From NCBI GenBank assembly GCA_964016885.1, contig OZ024748.1, positions 12,958,001 to 13,022,000 of the forward strand: a stretch of DNA of 64,000 nucleotides. The letters run 5' to 3'. This DNA comes from Eledone cirrhosa. Lineage: Eukaryota. Shown in pieces: positions 57,762 through 64,000 of the stretch. The position numbers were made by a program, and so were the translations under genes. The notes under the pieces were generated by a model. The model worked only from the letters and a program-made list of their open reading frames with translations. It searched no databases and was not told where the DNA came from. Each line of letters opens with the position of its first letter. Position 1 is the stretch's first letter.

Positions 57762-58672
57762 ACGCGCGCGTTCGTGTGTGTTCGTTAATGTAGTAAAAAT
57801 ATACATGTAGTGTTAGGTTTATGGTTAGGTTTAGGGTTAGCCATATCAGACATAAAAAAATACATTGCACAATGTCACAAAATTCAACCGGTTAGAAAAT
57901 GTAAAGATATTGACGAAAAATCCGCTTAGGCAAGGATGGTCTCTTAAAATGTCTTTTTCAGGAGAGAAGAGCGAGCGTGTGCTAAGGGAATTAAGCGTGA
58001 AAACCGTCGTAGAAAGCAGTGAAGTGAAATACGTGCGAAGTTTGATTATATCTGTATGACTGTGCAGATATGCGTGTTTATGAGATGGGGTGGGGGAGAA
58101 AGTAGAAGGGAGAGAGAGAGAAAAAAAGAAAGAAACTTGTTTGCAAATGTGCATAACTCTAAGTTTATGCACTAACTTGAAATAAATGTGTGATGGTATC
58201 ATCAATCCGATATTAAGTCCTATATTAATTTTGTGCTGTGTCCAAGACACCATAGTATGCGTGTTAGAACGCGTGGTCTGAAGTGGATATGAAGGCATTT
58301 ATGAACGAGTGTGTGTTATTGGTAGCAGAGGAGTTAATTGTGCTTAGGTGGAACATTAACTATTGTTCACGACAATCCCACTACACAGAAGTCCCATGGT
58401 ATTCTATACACATATAGAAAGTGATATGAAGATGATTGTGTCTAGAAGAATTGAGAAAAGAGACGAGGTTATGACACTTCGATTAAACAAATACACATCG
58501 AATTTAGTGCTTAAATAGTCAAATAATTATTTAAATTTTATTCATAACAGATATATGAAGATATAAGTCATGTAGTCTTAAAGGAATATATATATATTAG
58601 TTCATTTCGACGCTATATAGAACGTCGATATTTGCTAATCTCTCACACATTTCTTTAGTCTTTCTTTAGTCT

Positions 58673-58821
<149 letters not shown>

Positions 58822-58831
58822 TATACATATA

Positions 58832-58915
<84 letters not shown>

Positions 58916-58916
58916 C

Positions 58917-58949
<33 letters not shown>

Positions 58950-58951
<2 letters not shown>

Positions 58952-59059
58952 ACGAAGGAAATGTGGTAATATACCAGATGGACCATAACGCACCAAAGTA
59001 CCAGAATTAGCCGTCGAAACGGCTTGAGCTCAGCCGTCGGGGTCCTACTCGTTCCTATA
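58950..59059. mobile_element. Family A element, internally deleted
   Basis: Tail end fused to the outer arm (caaagta|ccagaattagccgtcgaaacggc...ttcctat). Confidence 0.85.
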
Positions 59060-59077
59060 TATATATATGTATATATA

Positions 59078-59117
<40 letters not shown>

Positions 59118-59181
59118 TACATATATATATATACATATATATACATATATTATACATACACACATATATATATTTATATAT

Positions 59182-59214
<33 letters not shown>

Positions 59215-59228
59215 TATGTATATACACG

Positions 59229-59259
<31 letters not shown>

Positions 59260-59736
59260 GTGCGTATATGTGTGTGCATGAAAGCATATATGTACAGGGA
59301 GAGATTATCTCATCGGATTCTGTTCTCTGACTTTGCAAGATATTCAACCATCTGCAATTCATTGATAGCTGTGCTAAAGAAGAACATTCTTAATCTCATA
59401 AATATCCATTTAACCTAACATTAACTGCTGGTGTCATTCTCTCACTTCTCACACACTATCAAATTCCCACAAATATATTTCTACGATAAGACATATTTTT
59501 CACGGAAGATAACTTCATTAAATTGTGTGGAAATAAAAAAATTCAATAAATAAGAAAGAACAATAAAACAAACAAAAATACACAATAAATAATAGAAATG
59601 ATTCGAAAAAGTAAGATAAACCAACTGCGAGAGGAAAAATGAGCAATAATAAGAACCCAAATAACAAAAATAAACAAACTAACCAAGAAGAGTGTAATAT
59701 GATAAAATCATTTATCCTACTTTCACTTTCGCCAAT

Positions 59737-59790
<54 letters not shown>

Positions 59791-59813
59791 ATATGTATAT
59801 AAATGCATGTATA

Positions 59814-59913
<100 letters not shown>

Positions 59914-60379
59914 TATATATCATATATACATATATACATATATACATATATACACTAACACACATGTTTGAGTAAGATAATGTGATTATATATATATATA
60001 TATATACATACATACATACATGCACACATATATATATATGTGTGTGTGTGTGTGTGACTGCGTATGTGTGTGCATGTATATCTCTGTAAGTGTGATACTG
60101 TGTGTGCGTGTGTGTATATGTGTGTCTGTGTGTGTGTGTGTGTACAGGTGTGTGTATGTATGTAGACATAAATTCTCGCCAACGTTTAGTTTATTTCGTT
60201 TCGTCTCATTTGTCTCGGTGATCAATTGGAAAATGTTGAAGTTGGCAGAAAATTCGTCAATGTTCCACACAGAAACAAAATGTCTGCGAGGGAGAAAATG
60301 AAACAATGAAAGAATCACATGTAGAATTCCACTGAAAAGAAATAACTCTTCTGAATTGAACTCTATCTATCTATCTATT

Positions 60380-60712
60380 TATGAAAGATGGGTGAAAGTG
60401 GCGAGAATGGCCCGTGTGAATGGGCCTTCACTCTACATCAGACTATAGGTGAGGAAGAGGAAAGATCAAGGGAGCACCCCCTCTCTGTGTTCCTGAGGAG
60501 AAGGGTTGCACACTTTTTTTCGGGGGTGTGTGCGGCCTCCCAAGGCGCCTCCTCCCTATGGAGGATTTTGTTATAAAATTTATTTTGTTATATTGTATTT
60601 TATTTTTATACTTTGTTATTGCCTCCTCCATATTGAGGACGCCTTGTTATGTAAACTCCGCCCCATTGTACTTGTCCCACTTTTGATGCCCTGGTGGCAA
60701 ATAAAAAGAAAG

Positions 60713-60715
<3 letters not shown>
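60380..60715 (+). mobile_element. LINE 3' end (Tx1/L1-like) inside (TATC)n
   Basis: Short ORF end ERWVKVARMARVNGPSLYIRL*, 3' UTR, AATAAA, then (TATC)n; a shorter related end lies at 60855-60990. Confidence 0.55.
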
Positions 60716-60770
<55 letters not shown>

Positions 60771-61026
60771 GCATATCTATCAATCCATCTATCTATATAC
60801 ACGCTCTTGAAGTTAAGGGTTGTTCTATCGACGGGGTATTAAACAACCCATTTGTGGCGCCTCCTCCCTATTGGGGATTTCGATTGTTATATTTGTTTGT
60901 TTCATATTTTTACACGATTGTATGTAAAGTCCCCGGCATGTGTCTTTGTTTGGTACCCTTTTCTTGTGCGCCCTTGTGGCTAATAAAGTAATATATCTAT
61001 ATACAGTAATGATAAATACAAAGAGC

Positions 61027-61087
<61 letters not shown>

Positions 61088-61090
<3 letters not shown>

Positions 61091-61148
61091 GCGGTGCGTC
61101 AGCATGGCCTCAGCCGGATGGCTGGAACAGGTAAAAGAGTACAAGAGT
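61088..61148 (+). mobile_element. SINE/LINE 3' tail fragment
   Basis: ggcggtgcgtcagcatggcctcagccggatggctggaacaggtaaaagagta; the last 28 nt are identical to the reverse complement of 10249-10276. Confidence 0.7.
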
Positions 61149-61183
61149 ATATATATATATATATAAAAATATATATATATATA

Positions 61184-61499
61184 TACCCTAAGTATTGAGT
61201 ACTTTGATGCGTTATGGTCCATCTGGTTCCTTACCACAACACCTTCATTATATATATATATATATATGCAATGATATTAAATAAATGGAAACTATATTTA
61301 TAAAACCATATTTATTCTATTATATATATTTCAAAGGTACCAAAAATTACCTTTGAAATATATATAATAGAATAAATATGGTTTTATAAATATAGTTTCC
61401 ATTGATTTAATATCATTGCATATATATATATATAACGAAGGCGTTGTGGTAAGGAACCAGATGGACCATAACGCATCAAAGTACTCAATACTTAGGGTA
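61184..61499. repeat. 316-bp composite palindrome (family A tail - (TA)n - family C half HHR, then its mirror image)
   Basis: Centre aaaggta-ccaaaaat-tacctttgaaa at ~61343; arms include both families. Confidence 0.9.
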
Positions 61500-61584
61500 G
61501 TAGAGTGAGTAATAGGAGAAAGTATGACAGAAATAGCCGTCGAAACGGCTTGAGCTCTGCCGTCGGGTTCATACTTTCTCCTAT
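61433..61584 (-). mobile_element. Family A element with partly deleted arm
   Basis: Tail plus ataggagaaagtatgac|agaaatagccgtcgaaacggc...catactttctcctat. Confidence 0.85.
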
Positions 61585-61884
61585 ATATATCTATATATAT
61601 ATATATAGATACACACACATAGATACATATGTGTGTGTGTATATACACATATGTGTTCATGTGTGTGTAGTTGTATGCTTGGATGTTCAGTGGTAACCGA
61701 TATATTAGTGATGGCAGTGACTGGTCATTTAGAACCACTGGAAACCAATAGAAACCATTGGATTGTCGGAGGATTCTTGAGGAACCAGCACACCCCCAAC
61801 AGTCTGTAACCTAATTTTCAATGAGATTCTAAATTTCCAATTTCCTGTATAAGTAATTAATTTAAAAAGACGTTTATTATTCAT

Positions 61885-62102
61885 TCGTTGTTATCAATTT
61901 CATATCTTTATAGCTGTTGTTGTTGTTGTTGTTGTTGCTGTCGTTGTTGTTGTTGTTATTTTTGTTGTTGTTGTTGTTGTTGTTGTTATTTTTGTTGTTG
62001 TTGTTGGTGGTGGTGGTGGTGGGGGGGGGGTATTTTTGTGTTGTGGTTGTTATCAATTTCATATCTTTATAGCTGGTGTTGTTGTTGTTGTTGCTGTTGC
62101 GG

Positions 62103-62152
<50 letters not shown>

Positions 62153-63300
62153 GGTGGTGGTGGTATGTGTGTGTGGGGGGGGGGATTTGTGTTGTAGTTG
62201 TTATCAATTTCATATCTTTATAGTTGTTGCTGTTGTTGTTATTTTTGTTGTTGTTGTTGTTGGTGGTGGTGGTGTTGGTGGTGGTGGTGTTATAGGAATT
62301 TTTGTGTTATGGTTGTTATTGGTGAATTTGTTGTTATTGTTGTTGTTGTTGTTGTTGATTATGTTGTTGTCGTTATTTTTGTTAATGTTATTGCTGTTGT
62401 TATTGTTGTTGGAACTGTGTCTGTTGTGGTTGCTTTTGGTGTCTTTTTGTTGTTGTTGGTGTTATTATCATTGTTGTTATGGTTATTATTGTTGTTATCG
62501 TTGTTATTGTTGGTGCAGGTATTTTTGTTGTGGTTTATCAGAGCCTTTTCTGTTTTTTTTTTGTTATTTGTGCAGGTGGTCGTGATGGTGTTGGTGACTG
62601 CTGTGATTGTGATGGCTTTCATGTTACTGTTGTTATTGGTGGTGATGTGGTTTTGTTGTAGTTTCATTGGTGTTGTCGTTGTTGCTGTTATTGTTGGTAG
62701 AGGTATTTTTATTGTTGTAGCTGTTGGTATCTTTTTTTTATTTTGTTTGCGTTGTTGTTGTTTGTGCTGGTGGTTGTGATGGTTTTGGTGATTGTGGTGT
62801 TTCTAGTGGTTTTGATATTGATGGTCTTATTGGTGGTGATGTTGTTGGTATTGTTGTTATTGGTGGTGATGTTGTTGGTATTGTTGTTATTGGTGGTGAT
62901 GTTGTTGGTATTGTTGGTGCTTTTGGCGTCGGTGTTATTGGTGTTAGTGATATTATTGGTGTTGTTACTGTTTGTTGTTGCTGTTACTCTTAATGAAGTT
63001 TTTGTTATTGTTGCTTATTTTTGCTTCCATGGTTGCTGTTATTGCTATTGTTGTTGCTATTGTAGCTGCTGTTATTGCTGTTGTTGTTGTAGTTGTTGCT
63101 GTTGTTGCTGTTGTAATTGCTGTTGTTGCTATTGTGGTTGTGTTGTTGGAGATGTTGTGGTTGTTGTTGTCATAGTTTTTATTGTAATAATTGAATCTGA
63201 TATGTTCTATATTTTGTTGTTGTTGTTGTTGTAATTGTTGTTGTTGTTGTAATAAGTGATGTTGCTGTCGTTGTTGTTGTTGTTGCTGTTGTTCGTGTTG
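61885..63300. repeat. (GTT)n/(GGT)n low-complexity tract
   Basis: GTT runs, with gttatcaatttcatatctttatag repeated three times. Confidence 0.85.
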
Positions 63301-63677
63301 CTATTCATTATTTCGTCTCATTGCCAAAATGTACGTGAAATTAAATCCAATATTTTATTTTACTTTTATTAGTTACTGATAAGTATACACACACACACAC
63401 ACACACACCCATTCACACATATTCATACACATACAAAAATACGCACACACACACACACACACAAACACACGTATACACACATATATATATATATATACAT
63501 ACACATAAACACATACAAGCGTGCACATATATAAAAGATGGGACGCGTGTATGTACGGTATATATGTATATATATATAAAAGATGATACGCGTGTATGTA
63601 TGTATGTATTTAGAAACATATACTCACACAGAAGCACACACATATATATATATATATATGTGTGCTTCTGTGTGAGT

Positions 63678-63719
<42 letters not shown>

Positions 63720-63753
63720 TTACCCTATATATATATATATATATACACATATT

Positions 63754-63929
<176 letters not shown>

Positions 63930-63939
63930 TATATATATA

Positions 63940-64000
<61 letters not shown>

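Noticed and set aside
57811-57841. Telomere-like gttagg/ttaggg repeats
   Set aside because: Only about 30 bp and degenerate; insufficient to call an interstitial telomere.

Overview
AT-rich eukaryotic DNA saturated with microsatellites, most likely cephalopod (Octopus-like; inferred from the tRNA-derived SINE families and the extreme (TA)n/(CA)n/(GGT)n load). No protein-coding gene can be called confidently, and nearly every ORF in the track is a translated microsatellite. Recognisable content: about 20 SINE copies, two TTAA-flanked piggyBac-type MITEs, CR1-like and Tx1/L1-like LINE 3' remnants, a 5S rRNA pseudogene fused to a SINE tail, several minisatellites, a 200-N gap, a candidate divergent promoter and a possible exon pair. 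The main signal is a set of short (about 150-600 bp) non-coding elements sitting in or next to (TA)n tracts. They belong to at least 7 families and carry type I hammerhead ribozyme (HHR) motifs folded by eye, consistent with non-autonomous Penelope-like/retrozyme elements. Many copies are long palindromes. In several, the symmetry axis is the HHR stem II loop, so the CUGANGA half of the ribozyme is replaced by the reverse complement of the GAAA half. In one case the fold-back copy runs on through (TA)n into a neighbouring element, which suggests hairpin-primed fold-back synthesis during insertion. All folds and alignments were done by eye; nothing was computed or searched.
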